Assembly (NCBI GenBank): GCA_963720545.1
Contig: OY970399.1
Location: 64,001-128,000, forward strand
DNA from: an uncultured Acidobacteriota bacterium
Lineage (GTDB): Bacteria > Acidobacteriota > Vicinamibacteria > Fen-336
DNA length: 64,000 nucleotides
Direction: 5' to 3'
The number at the start of each line of letters is the position of its first letter. Positions within the stretch are counted from its first letter, which is position 1. The notes under the pieces were generated by a model. It worked only from the letters and a program-made list of their open reading frames with translations, ran no database searches and was not told where the DNA came from. The position numbers were made by a program, and so were the translations under genes. Positions 1 to 9,818 of the stretch are shown here, in pieces.

Positions 1-971
1 CAATTGACAGATGGCAGGGCAGCGCCAGGGTCCCGATCGTGGGCATCGGACTGATCGAAGATGGCCGCGTCAAGGAGGCCACGGTCTTTGGCGAGATCCA
101 CGACGGTGTTGCCGCGCCGGAAAATACGATCTTCAACGTCGCGTCGCTCACCAAACCGGTGGTGGCGATTCTCACGTTGAAACTCGTCAGCCAGGGTCGA
201 TGGAGCCTCGATGAACCGCTATCGAACTACTTCGTGGACCCGGACCTGGTGAACGACTCACGACATACCAAGCTGACCACCCGTCTCGTTTTGACTCATG
301 AGACCGGATTGCCGAATTGGCGGGGGAGCGAGCCCTCGAAGAAATTGTCCTTGGCGTTCGACCCGGGCACCGATACGAAGTACTCCGGAGAGGCGTTTCA
401 GTACCTCAGGGAAGCCTTGGAGCGCAAATTCGCCCAGCCTCTGGGAGACCTGTCGGAGTCCTTGGTATTCAAGCCGTTTCAGATGACCGATACCAGGCAC
501 TACTGGGACCGGTCGATGGACGAGTCTCGCTATGCAGGGCGCCACGACAAGGATGGAAAAGCGCTGCCTCTCGAGAAGTGGTACGAAGCGCACGCGGCAA
601 ATCTGTTGCTCACCACGGTTCGCGATTACAGCAAGTTCGGAGCGCATGTGCTCGAAGGCGCGGACCTGTCAACGGATGTCTACGCGGAGATGGTGTCTCC
701 TCATGTTCCCCCGGGTCGCGCATCAAGCACTGGCAACAACCCCTTCGGCTTGTGCTGGCGTCTGGTTCGCGACCTCAGCAACGGTGAATATGCTCTGGTC
801 CACTCGGGCAGGAACCCGGGGGTTGCCGCGATCGTTGTTCTCCTGCCGAAGTCGAAGAGAGGCGTCGTGGTTCTGACCAACGGCGAAAATGGAGAGCAGG
901 TGTACAGGGCAGTGCTCGCCGAATCCCTTGATTTGGGCACGGAGATCATCCGCAGGATGGACGGCCGCTGA
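1..971 (+). CDS. Serine hydrolase, beta-lactamase/PBP family (5' truncated by window edge)
   Basis: Frame open from base 3 with no stop. SxxK (ASLTK), LTHETG, YSG and HSG motifs of class C beta-lactamase-like hydrolases. Confidence 0.9.
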   Translation, partial: IDRWQGSARVPIVGIGLIEDGRVKEATVFGEIHDGVAAPENTIFNVASLTKPVVAILTLKLVSQGRWSLDEPLSNYFVDPDLVNDSRHTKLTTRLVLTHETGLPNWRGSEPSKKLSLAFDPGTDTKYSGEAFQYLREALERKFAQPLGDLSESLVFKPFQMTDTRHYWDRSMDESRYAGRHDKDGKALPLEKWYEAHAANLLLTTVRDYSKFGAHVLEGADLSTDVYAEMVSPHVPPGRASSTGNNPFGLCWRLVRDLSNGEYALVHSGRNPGVAAIVVLLPKSKRGVVVLTNGENGEQVYRAVLAESLDLGTEIIRRMDGR

Positions 972-1179
972 TCCCGGGGTCGCTGGAGTCTATTCCCAAC
1001 GTCTACCAGTACTGTGACTGCTAGACAGTGCGAAAAGCTTTCCTGTTCAGCCTTCGTTAAGCGCCTGCGAAGAGATGGCTTGCGAACGCTTCGTCTCTCG
1101 ATCGTGCAGGTGACGACTGCACGGAAGAACGTCTCGCCTGTCGCGCCCGCCTGAACGTTTCGCAGGGCCTGGGTGCCGA

Positions 1180-2238
1180 TCAGGGCCCCTGGTCGGATGA
1201 CAAGGCGTAGACGAGCACCTTCAGAGACCCCGGAACCACCTGCGGCCGCTGCGGCTTGCCATCGGCTCCAGTGACCGGCGGGAGGAAGGCGGCGGCCGCT
1301 ACATAGAGGCGATGTGTCTTGGGGTCGAGCGTCATGGTGCGTGACCGCGGCGGCGTGGCGAGGGTCTGCACGACGGTCATGGCGCCGGCCGCCTCGACGT
1401 GGGCAACGGTGAGTGTGCCGTCGCTGCTCGAGGCGAAAGCGAGGCCCGTGCCGGGATCGAAGGCGTTGGCGTCCACCCCAGCGCCGATGGGCACCGAGCC
1501 CAGGACCTTGCCGGCCGTTGCGTCGAAACTGAGCATCCGGTTGTTGCTGCAGCCGATGAAGAGGCGGTGGTGGGCGGCGTCGAGCGCCATGCCTGAGGCT
1601 TCCTCGCCCGGCGCGATCGGCCACCGCGCGACCACGCTGTGCCGCACCGGGTCGATCGCGGCGACCTCGCTCGTGTCCTCCAGGTTCACGTAGATCCTGC
1701 CGGCGGCCGCGTCGAACACGGCGAATTCCGGCTTTCCCGAGAGGGCAATCGTGGCGCGCACGGCCCCGGTCTTCGCATCGAAGACGGTTGCCGACTTGCC
1801 GCGCGCGTTGAAGGCATACACCTCGCCGTGCTCGCTCTCGAACAGGATCGCGTCCGGGTTCTCGCCGGTCGGCACCGTCCCGGTCATCTGGAGGGTCTTC
1901 AGGTCCACGATGCTCACTGTGGCTGCCCGCCCGTTGCTGACGAATCCACGTCCCAGGTCGGGAGCGAGGGCGACGCCATGGACGCCTGGCGTCGGTGCGA
2001 TCTCGCCGACGACCGTGTTCTTGTCGATGTCGACCACGACGACTTTGGTGGCATGCGAGACGTAGAGGCGGCGCGCTGCTGCGTCGACCGAAAGATAATC
2101 CCAGCCGCCTTCGCCGCCGATCTGGATCTCCGCGACCTTCCGGTAGGCCTCCGGCGTGGCCGCCGATGCCTGAGAACCCTGCGCGGGAAGGAGAAGGGCG
2201 GCGATGCCCACCGCCAGCGGAAGGTCACGAGTGATCAT
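1180..2238 (-). CDS. Secreted YncE/YVTN-type beta-propeller protein
   Basis: ATG at 2238 with GGAGG RBS; signal peptide; GGEGGWDY start and repeated blades (GVHGVAL, TGENPDAI, GKPEFAV, IGAGVDA). Confidence 0.85.
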   Translation of the reverse strand: MITRDLPLAVGIAALLLPAQGSQASAATPEAYRKVAEIQIGGEGGWDYLSVDAAARRLYVSHATKVVVVDIDKNTVVGEIAPTPGVHGVALAPDLGRGFVSNGRAATVSIVDLKTLQMTGTVPTGENPDAILFESEHGEVYAFNARGKSATVFDAKTGAVRATIALSGKPEFAVFDAAAGRIYVNLEDTSEVAAIDPVRHSVVARWPIAPGEEASGMALDAAHHRLFIGCSNNRMLSFDATAGKVLGSVPIGAGVDANAFDPGTGLAFASSSDGTLTVAHVEAAGAMTVVQTLATPPRSRTMTLDPKTHRLYVAAAAFLPPVTGADGKPQRPQVVPGSLKVLVYALSSDQGP

Positions 2239-2751
2239 GCTGCCTCCGGTCCCAAAAAAATCCGGTCCGTGGGCAGGCCCAGGGACCGGACGGCGTGCAT
2301 CCCCCTTGAAAAGGCTGCGCACCATGGCCACTATCGACTCGCGCGCTTGGCGAGTCAACGGGTTGCGGCGCTGCGGTTCAGGCGATGTTCAGCATTCGTT
2401 AAGGCCTGGCGGTAGGTTCGGAACATGGATAGAGCACAGCCGAAAACGCCGACCAAGAAGGATGATCGCCTGGGACCGCCCAGGCCCGATCCGAGCCCGG
2501 TCGACGATCAGCGTCCGCAACCCGACGACGAAAAGCGACCGAAGGACGACAATCCCGGGCGGCGCACCAGCTAAGAACGCTTCAGTTGTGTTGCGTGTCT
2601 CGGATGATGAGATGTGGTTGCGGAACTTTGTGGACACGGGCGCAAAAACCCTGCTAGCGTCGATTCGCTGGTTGTTGAGTATTGCGCTGCAAGGCGATCC
2701 TGAGCGCCGAGCGACGAAGTCTCTCGACAACCAGCATTTTCTATTTGCGCC

Positions 2752-5067
2752 CTAGCGGGTGTTCACGCCTGCTTCGAGGGCGTCCGCGGCCTTCGCGATG
2801 CCCGAGGCGATGCGTTCGATGACCGCCGCCACCTGCGGCACCTGGCCTTCGGCTTCATGCCACTTCTTCTGGTCCATGTATTCGCGGACCGCGGCGATCG
2901 GCTTGGCGCCGTAGCCCGTGTAGGCGCCGGGCGCGTAGATCTGGTTCTTGAACCAGGGCCGCTCCGGCAGCCCCTTCTCGTTCAGGAACAGGCGCGAGAC
3001 CTTTATCAGCTCGGCGTTCACCGGTGCCAGCGCCGCCGCAGGCACCGCGGGCGAGCCCTTGATTCGCCAGTCGAGAAGGATCTTCGAGTAGCGCTCGGAG
3101 CTGTGCTTCAACACCTCGACGGCGTTCTTCATCGGCGCGAAGTTGATGAAGGGCGGAACGGCTTCGGCAGGCGGCGGCACGGTGGGATCTTTCGGATCGT
3201 TGGTGGCGGCGAAGACCCCTTCGCGCAGCTGCAGGTTGTGCTCGTTGAATTCCTCCTGCTTGTCGCGCAGCAGCTTCTCCAGCTCGGCCTCGTACTTCGC
3301 GATCGCTTCCGCCTGCGGAGCGTAGTCGAAGGGAATGAGGTCGGCGTTGGCGAGGCGCATCATCGCGGTGCCCGCGGTCTGCGCGAGCGCGGCGCCATAC
3401 GCAAAGTCGGTGTCGGCGAAGTGCGTGTACCAGTAGAAGTCGTCGTAGATCGAGTGATACTGCGTGCCTTCGGCCTCGCCGCCAAAACCCACGTCGATCG
3501 TGGAGATGCCGGCGAGATCCTGGAACGCGGTGAAGTCGGAGCCGTCGCCAAGCGCATCGAGGACCAGGTCGGTGCGCTTGCGCAGGTCGAGGCGCTCGGC
3601 TGCGTCCTTCGCAAAGGAAAGGCGTGCGAGGCGCGAGCGCTGGAACACCGACAGCTTTGTCTCCGGGTCCGGGACGTCGCGCGCCACGCTGCTGATGAAA
3701 CTCTGCATGTCCTGGGTGCCGCCGGGGAAGAAATAGCCGCGGCTGTTGCTGTCGGAGTTGATGTAGGCGACCGCGTGCTGCTGCAGTTCCGCGAGGTGCG
3801 TTTCCACCCACTCGACCGACCCGAGCAGTCCCGGCTCCTCGCCATCCCAGGCGCAATAGACGATGCTGCGCTTCGGCACGAAGCCCTGACGGTGCAACTC
3901 GCCGAGCACGCGCGCCTCTTCCATCAGCGCCGCCGCACCCGAGACCGGATCGTCGGCGCCGTTCACCCACGCGTCATGGTGGTTGCCGCGCAGCACCCAC
4001 TGGTCGTCCGCCGCGCCGTGCAGCGTGCCGATGACGTTGTAGAGCGGTTTGCGGTCCCAGTTGGACGCCACCTTCAAGTGGACTTTGGCGGGCCCCGGAC
4101 CGACGTGATAGGTCGTCGGCAGCGCGCCGCGCCATTCCTGCGGCGCGACCTTGCCCGCGAGCGCCGCGATCAACGGCAGCGCGTCGGCGGCGGAGATGGG
4201 CATCACCGGGATTTTGGTGATGGTCTTCGCGTCCTTGATCTCGAGGCGCCTGGCATCGGCGGTTGCGCCGACGCCGGGGGTCAGGGGATCGCCGGGGTAG
4301 TCCGTGTCCATGACGCTGCCGCGCTGCACGCCGTCGCGCGGACGCCAGCCGCCCTGCGGATAGTCGTCGCCCTGGAAATGGCCGTCGTCCCACGGATCGG
4401 AATAGATGATGCAGCCGATGGCGCCGTGCTCGGCCGCGACCTTCGGCTTGATGCCGCGCCAGCCGCCGCCGTAGCGCGCGATCACGATGGCGCCCTTCAC
4501 CGACACTCCCAGCCGATCGAGGCGGTCGTAGTCCTCGCGGTTGCCGTAGTTCACGTAGACGAGCGGCGCCGTGACGTCGCCGTCGGCGGAGTAGGCGTTG
4601 TAGGTGGGCAGCTGCTCCTTCGCCTGGTTCGAGGTCGGATCGACCGAGAGCGCCGGCTCCTGCAGCTTCGCGACGAAACGCGTGGGCGCCACCAGTTCGA
4701 GGAGCCGCTCCTTCGGCGTCGGAAACAGCACGCTGAAGGTCTCGATGCGCGTGTCGAGCCCCCATTCCTTGAACCGGGCCGCGATCCACTCGGCGTTGTC
4801 CTTGCCGTAGGGCGAGCCCACATGGTGCGGGCGCGCGCTCAGCCGGCGCATGTTCTCGCGGATGTTGGCGGCGACGACGCCGGCCTTGAACTTGGCCTCC
4901 CACTCGACCTGCGCCGGCGAACTCTTGTCGGTGTAGCCGAGCAGGTGCCCGCCGATCGCAGCCGAAGCCACCGGCTCGTCACTCGGCGTCGCGGCGTGGA
5001 GTTGGGGTTGCAGCGGTGCGGTTGCGAGCAGTGAAGCGACGAGCCAGCGCGTTGTCATGGCTCTCAT
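2752..5067 (-). CDS. M28 peptidase, glutamate carboxypeptidase II/transferrin-receptor-like (PA and dimerisation domains)
   Basis: PA domain (YVNYG..DY, IARYG); zinc ligands GNHHDAW, GADDP, WDGEEPGLLGS, YINSD, YHSIYD; C-terminal GLPERPWFKNQIYAPG. Confidence 0.93.
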   Translation of the reverse strand: MRAMTTRWLVASLLATAPLQPQLHAATPSDEPVASAAIGGHLLGYTDKSSPAQVEWEAKFKAGVVAANIRENMRRLSARPHHVGSPYGKDNAEWIAARFKEWGLDTRIETFSVLFPTPKERLLELVAPTRFVAKLQEPALSVDPTSNQAKEQLPTYNAYSADGDVTAPLVYVNYGNREDYDRLDRLGVSVKGAIVIARYGGGWRGIKPKVAAEHGAIGCIIYSDPWDDGHFQGDDYPQGGWRPRDGVQRGSVMDTDYPGDPLTPGVGATADARRLEIKDAKTITKIPVMPISAADALPLIAALAGKVAPQEWRGALPTTYHVGPGPAKVHLKVASNWDRKPLYNVIGTLHGAADDQWVLRGNHHDAWVNGADDPVSGAAALMEEARVLGELHRQGFVPKRSIVYCAWDGEEPGLLGSVEWVETHLAELQQHAVAYINSDSNSRGYFFPGGTQDMQSFISSVARDVPDPETKLSVFQRSRLARLSFAKDAAERLDLRKRTDLVLDALGDGSDFTAFQDLAGISTIDVGFGGEAEGTQYHSIYDDFYWYTHFADTDFAYGAALAQTAGTAMMRLANADLIPFDYAPQAEAIAKYEAELEKLLRDKQEEFNEHNLQLREGVFAATNDPKDPTVPPPAEAVPPFINFAPMKNAVEVLKHSSERYSKILLDWRIKGSPAVPAAALAPVNAELIKVSRLFLNEKGLPERPWFKNQIYAPGAYTGYGAKPIAAVREYMDQKKWHEAEGQVPQVAAVIERIASGIAKAADALEAGVNTR

Positions 5068-5083
5068 GCTACTCGGCGCGCCG

Positions 5084-5701
5084 CTACTGCAGCAGTTCGT
5101 GCGTCCTGGAAACCAGCTGCTTGCGCATCTTGTCCTCGATCACGTGCTCGCCGAGCCAGACGGCGAACACCGCGTCGGCGAATGCCTTGTCGTTGATCGC
5201 CGGCTTGGCTTCGCCGTTCACCGTCGTCAGCAGGCCGTGCCCCGGCAGCCAATGAATGATGCACTCCTGGCCAGCCTTGGCGTCGCTCCAGTAGGCGAGG
5301 AACCGCGCCAGCAGCTGCGGGTCGCTTGGCGGCATGTAGTCGCGAAAGCCGGCGCGAATCTGTTCAGCGGAAACGGTCCGCACCAGCTTCAGCACGTACT
5401 TTTTTTCGAAGTCGCCGGTGACGAGGGCGTGGTAGAAGGCCTTGCTGTTGAGGTTCGCCCGGTGAGCCTGCAGCGGCCCGGCGAGTGCCGCGTCCTCGGC
5501 ATAGAAGGCGAGCGCGTAGATCTTGAACTTGAGGAACGTCTTGGTGCGCAGCCCCACGCCGAATAGCGCCATCTTGCCGTCGCGCGTCGGAAACGCGAGG
5601 CCGGTCTTCGGCTCGGTGACGACTTCCGCGGTGGACGGCACGGGCAAGGACAGGGACAAGGACAGCGCGAGCGCCAGGCTCGCGGGGGCAATCGCTCTCA
5701 T
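5084..5701 (-). CDS. Secreted chalcone-isomerase-fold protein
   Basis: Signal peptide; GVGLRTKTFLKFKIYALAFY and FADAVFAVWLGE motifs typical of bacterial CHI-like proteins. Confidence 0.8.
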   Translation of the reverse strand: MRAIAPASLALALSLSLSLPVPSTAEVVTEPKTGLAFPTRDGKMALFGVGLRTKTFLKFKIYALAFYAEDAALAGPLQAHRANLNSKAFYHALVTGDFEKKYVLKLVRTVSAEQIRAGFRDYMPPSDPQLLARFLAYWSDAKAGQECIIHWLPGHGLLTTVNGEAKPAINDKAFADAVFAVWLGEHVIEDKMRKQLVSRTHELLQ

Positions 5702-5715
5702 TCGTGGGAGTGAGT

Positions 5716-5940
5716 TTACTTCGCCGGCGGCTTGAGCCTCGACTTCGCGGCCGGCTTGCCGCGCAGCGCGTCCACGAGCAGGCGATAGGTCATCTGCGGT
5801 ACGGCGTCCTCGATGGTGTCGAGGACCGAGCCCATGTGCGGTGGCAGACCGAGGTCTGCGGCTTCGGCCGCGAAGCGTTCCTCCCGCTCGGTCGGCGGTC
5901 TTCCGGGCGGACCGGCCTGTTTGGGAGCGGATTTTGGCAT
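5716..5940 (-). CDS. Small hypothetical protein (74 aa)
   Basis: ATG start, GC-rich third codon positions, 14-bp gap to the next co-oriented gene; no family recognised. Confidence 0.5.
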   Translation of the reverse strand: MPKSAPKQAGPPGRPPTEREERFAAEAADLGLPPHMGSVLDTIEDAVPQMTYRLLVDALRGKPAAKSRLKPPAK

Positions 5941-6054
5941 GGGGGTGAATCTTAAGGCCGGCGGTGCCCTGGATCACGATTGCAGTGGATAGCGAGGGCT
6001 CCGAATGCGATCATTCCGCCAGCCAATCACCTTAGGAACATCAGGAGCGACACC

Positions 6055-6393
6055 ATGATCACCAAGGCTTACGCTGTCATCAGCACTGCGTACCTGAAGG
6101 GCGCTCGGTCGTGGTACGAAAAACTGTTCGGGCGCGAGCCGGATGCCACACCGACGACACCTCTCCATGAGTGGTATTTCGGCGAGAGCGGTGTGCAGCT
6201 GCTCGACGACATCGCCCGCGCCGGTCAGTCGCGTGTCACCTTTGTCGTCGACGACCTCGAGGCGGTGCGCGACGGCCTTGCGGACCGCGGGCTGACGCTT
6301 GGGCGGGCCTTCAAGGGGGATGCCGCGACGACCGCGCAGATCGAGGATGCGGACGGCAACGTGGTGACGTTCACCCAGCCGCTCGCGTCATAG
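6055..6393 (+). CDS. VOC/glyoxalase family protein
   Basis: AGGAG RBS; ARSWYEKLFGREPD, VTFVVDDL and IEDADGNVVTF are VOC fold motifs. Confidence 0.85.
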   Translation: MITKAYAVISTAYLKGARSWYEKLFGREPDATPTTPLHEWYFGESGVQLLDDIARAGQSRVTFVVDDLEAVRDGLADRGLTLGRAFKGDAATTAQIEDADGNVVTFTQPLAS

Positions 6394-6434
6394 CCTCGCG
6401 AATCTCGGAACTTCGCCGGGCGCGTCGGCGCCGC

Positions 6435-6734
6435 CTAGCGCGACTGTGCTGTGCTCTCCGCCTCTGGCAACGGTTCGATGTAGAACGTCACGCGCACGAC
6501 GCCGCCCAGGTGGCTCGACACCGACTTGACCGAGCCGAGCTCGAGGGCGTTGCCGGCGACGATCGCGTGATAATCGGCGGCGGAATCGTCGATGCACTCA
6601 CCGCGATATTCGACGGCGAGCAGGTGCCGCCCGTCCGGAGCGCGCTGCCAGGCAAACGCATCGATCGGGCGCAGGAACTTGCCACTGCGATAGAGAGCCC
6701 CAAAGGGCCGGTCATCAGACCTGAGAGCATTCAT
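6435..6734 (-). CDS. Hypothetical protein (99 aa)
   Basis: Natural-looking amino-acid composition and fills the gap downstream of 6857..7714; no family recognised. Confidence 0.4.
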   Translation of the reverse strand: MNALRSDDRPFGALYRSGKFLRPIDAFAWQRAPDGRHLLAVEYRGECIDDSAADYHAIVAGNALELGSVKSVSSHLGGVVRVTFYIEPLPEAESTAQSR

Positions 6735-6856
6735 GTCACGACCTGCGATGACGTCATCGCGTCCTTGCGGGTTAACGGCGGAGAGGAGTCATGTCACTAT
6801 CGCGCCAGGGAGAGGCCGAGTCAAGGCTCTTTTGAAGTTTTTCGGGCGAAATACGC

Positions 6857-7714
6857 CTACGGTTTGCGCATCCCCCCTGATTCCAGCACCTTGACGCCTC
6901 CGGGGCAGGGAACATGGCGCCGCGGTCTTGCCGCCCCACCCCGGCCAGGCGCCGTATCAGGCAGCCCGGCGCCACCGCTGCGCGCATAGCGGACGGCGCG
7001 GCGGCCGGAACGGAACCGGCGCTTGATCTCGAGGCGCCGCTCGCCCTTCTTGTCGCCCAGCCCGCTGACCGTTTCGTCCTCGCCGGTCTGCGGATTGAAG
7101 AAGCCGATGTAGCCGCCGGGGTTGATACCGAACGATTTCAGCGTCTTCCCCTTCTGGACGGTGCCAAGGAAGTCGTTGCGGCCGCCAACTTCGTTGGTGC
7201 CGGTGAAGTAGAGCGGCAGCAGGAAATTGGAAACCGCGATGCCGTCGACCAGGTAGGTTTCCGACTGGACCGCGTCGCACATCTCGTACCAATGGAACAC
7301 ATCCTGGTTCGCTTCCGAGGGATGCGGACCGCGCACCAGCAGGTTCACCTCCGGATCGGCGATCAGCTCGAGCGCTTCGTGCGAGAACGTTACGCTCCAC
7401 GGCTCCTTCAGTTCCTTGGCGAGCTTCGTGAACACGAAGCCGAACGGAATGCCGCGGTTGTTGGCCTCGTGATAGCCGACCGCGTCATCGACGTCGCTGC
7501 CGTTCCAAAGGTAGAGGACCGCGTCGCCGCGCATGTCGCGCAGCTCTTTGGTTTCGGGCGAGGCCGTGCTCTTGCCCTCGAGCCGAAGCGTGGCCCCCAG
7601 GCTCCAGTACGGTTTGAAATCGTAGTGGACCTGGCGGTTGACGGCGCGCAGCGTCGCGTGCACCTCGGCATCGTCGATGTCCGTGCCGGTGTGGTTGATG
7701 ACGGAAATGATCAT
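6857..7714 (-). CDS. Hypothetical protein with zincin-like HExxE motif
   Basis: AGGAGG RBS; motifs GYHE, SVTFSHEALELIADP, WYEMCDAV and VSNFLLP. Confidence 0.8.
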   Translation of the reverse strand: MIISVINHTGTDIDDAEVHATLRAVNRQVHYDFKPYWSLGATLRLEGKSTASPETKELRDMRGDAVLYLWNGSDVDDAVGYHEANNRGIPFGFVFTKLAKELKEPWSVTFSHEALELIADPEVNLLVRGPHPSEANQDVFHWYEMCDAVQSETYLVDGIAVSNFLLPLYFTGTNEVGGRNDFLGTVQKGKTLKSFGINPGGYIGFFNPQTGEDETVSGLGDKKGERRLEIKRRFRSGRRAVRYARSGGAGLPDTAPGRGGAARPRRHVPCPGGVKVLESGGMRKP

Positions 7715-7788
7715 GCGGCCCTCCTGAGTACCGGGAGGCTAACCCGTCGCGGGGTTGCGCGGCGAACCGGCGCCTGTAACGTCGGGCG

Positions 7789-8832
7789 ATGGCCCGCGCC
7801 CTCGCTGCCGCCGTCCTTCTTGTCACGCTCGGCCCCGCCGCGCGCGCCAGCGGAGCCGATGAGGACGCGGCCGCCTATCGCGCCGTTGTCGAACGCTACC
7901 GAACCGGCGGTTCCGCGGCAGCGATCCGGGCGCTCAGCGACTGGGATGTGGAGCGGCTCGGCAAGGCGGCGCGCCAGGTCGCCGAGTTGAAGGCGGGCGC
8001 ACGCGAGAGAACCGGGTGGGATGCGCCGACGCTGTCGGCCGCCTGCCTGATGCACCTCGAGGCGCTGCTCGCCGGCGACAGCCGGCCCGCGTTCCGGCGC
8101 GTCAACCTCACGGCCGCCCAGGACTGCGTGGCGCGGCTGCGCCGCCTGAAGCCTTTGCCGCCGCTCGCCGCCGACCTGAACCTGGCGGTGGCGCTCTGGC
8201 TCCAGGGCCAGCTGCGTTTCGCAGACCTGCGCGCGTTCTTCGAGGACGCGGGCGACAGGTTCGCGGGCAACGCGGGCTGGCTGCTCGCGCAGGCGACGAT
8301 GCAGGAAACACTGGCCGCGCGCCGGCTCGAAAGAGCGCGCCGCGCGTTCCTCGTGCCGGCGGCGGGAGACAGCCTGGCGGCTGCGGAGCGCCTGCTGCGC
8401 CGTGCGCTCGAGCTCGAGCCGCGGCTGTCCGAGGCGCGCATCCGGCTGGGCCACGTGCTCCTGCTCGAGGGGCAGGGGCAAGCCGCGGTCGCGATGCTGC
8501 AGCCCATGACCGAGGCATCGAACCAGCCGCCGACACGATATCTGGCGCACCTCTTCATCGGCGCAGCCCACCGCGCGGCGGGGCGACTCACGGAAGCACA
8601 AGCGGCGTTTGCAGCGAGCGCCGCGGCTTACCCCTGCGGCCAGACCGCTCTGCTGGCGTTGCTGCAGGCCGCCGTGCGCGTCGGCGCGGGTAGGGAAGCG
8701 GCGCACGCCCGCATGATGGAGTCGCTGCAGCCGGTGTCCGGCTGCACCGATCCGTGGTCGGTCTACGACTTCGGGCAGGCGCCGTATCTGCCCGGCTTTC
8801 TTGCGGCGCTGCGGCAGGGGCTCGCACCGTGA
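7789..8832 (+). CDS. Secreted TPR-containing protein
   Basis: Signal peptide; TPR-like helices (LRRALELEPRLSEARIRLGHVLL); C-terminal DPWSVY; GTGA overlap with the VWA gene. Confidence 0.75.
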   Translation: MARALAAAVLLVTLGPAARASGADEDAAAYRAVVERYRTGGSAAAIRALSDWDVERLGKAARQVAELKAGARERTGWDAPTLSAACLMHLEALLAGDSRPAFRRVNLTAAQDCVARLRRLKPLPPLAADLNLAVALWLQGQLRFADLRAFFEDAGDRFAGNAGWLLAQATMQETLAARRLERARRAFLVPAAGDSLAAAERLLRRALELEPRLSEARIRLGHVLLLEGQGQAAVAMLQPMTEASNQPPTRYLAHLFIGAAHRAAGRLTEAQAAFAASAAAYPCGQTALLALLQAAVRVGAGREAAHARMMESLQPVSGCTDPWSVYDFGQAPYLPGFLAALRQGLAP

Positions 8833-9767
8833 GCCTGCTGCCAAGCGTCGTGAGTGCGACTGCGGTTGCGATTGCGGCTGCAGCTCTCGCGGCGGCGGCC
8901 CTCGGCGCGTCCGCGCCACAGGCGCCGCAAGTGCCCACCTTCACTTCCGTTGGCGCCGTCGTGCGCCTCGACGTGCTCGCGCTGCGCGGCGACCAAGCAC
9001 TCGTCGGGCTCGGCGGCGACGATTTCGAAGTGCGGGACAACGGCGTGCTGCAGCAGGTGCGTGTCACCGCCGGCGAGGCGCTGCGCTGGAAAGTGATCGT
9101 GTTGCTCGATACGAGCCAGAGCGTTGCCGGGCCGAAGCTCGCCGCCTTTCGCGACGCCGCGCACACCATCGCCAAAGCCGCGCGGCCAGGCGACGACATT
9201 GCGCTCATGACCTTCTCCGACCGGGTGGAACTGCGCAGCGGCATTTCCGGCCTCGACAACATCCGCGCCGGCGGCAGCACCGCGCTCTGCGATGCCATCT
9301 TCGCGGCGCTTGCGGTCGCGGAGGAAGGCGAAGCACGGGCGCTCGTCATCCTGTTGAGCGATGGCGCCGACACCATGAGCTGGCTGTCGGCCGACGACGT
9401 CGCCGAGGCCGCGCGCCGCTCGGAAGCGACCGTCTATGCGATCAGCACGACGGCCGGCGCCGATCCGCGGCGTTCGCCGATCGCGCGACCCACGTGGGAG
9501 TCGATCGCCGAGGAGAACGACGAGCGCTTCCTGCAGCGCATCGCCCGCGACACGGGTGGCCTGCTACTGCGCGCGCCGACGCCCGTGAAGCTGCAGGAGC
9601 GCATCGCCTCGGTGCTGGAGACGATTTCCGCTCGTTACCTGATCGGTTACGAACCCACGGGCGTGTCCCGGGACGGCTGGCACGACGTCTCGGTGCGCCT
9701 GCGGCGCGGCAGCGGCGAGATCGTGGCGCGTCCCGGCTACTTTGCGAGCGCCAGCGGCGGCCGCTGA
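8829..9767 (+). CDS. VWA domain protein (acidobacterial VWFA-related)
   Basis: MIDAS DTSQS, GGSTALCDA, LLSDGADT; N-terminal PTF...VRLDV and C-terminal Y.IGYEP...DGWHDVSVRL..ARPGY signature. Confidence 0.9.
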   Translation: MSLLPSVVSATAVAIAAAALAAAALGASAPQAPQVPTFTSVGAVVRLDVLALRGDQALVGLGGDDFEVRDNGVLQQVRVTAGEALRWKVIVLLDTSQSVAGPKLAAFRDAAHTIAKAARPGDDIALMTFSDRVELRSGISGLDNIRAGGSTALCDAIFAALAVAEEGEARALVILLSDGADTMSWLSADDVAEAARRSEATVYAISTTAGADPRRSPIARPTWESIAEENDERFLQRIARDTGGLLLRAPTPVKLQERIASVLETISARYLIGYEPTGVSRDGWHDVSVRLRRGSGEIVARPGYFASASGGR

Positions 9768-9818
9768 GATAACCTCCGCAACGTCAACCTGGCCATTGCC
9801 ATCGCCATCGGAGGCACC

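Noticed and set aside
1..971. Antibiotic-resistance beta-lactamase call (also for 58310..60277)
   Set aside because: The motifs place them only in the broad serine hydrolase family; substrate cannot be read from sequence.
9773..9814. CCTCCG/CGGAGG anti-SD pairing before the CocE gene
   Set aside because: Only 6 bp across a 30-nt loop; too weak to call.
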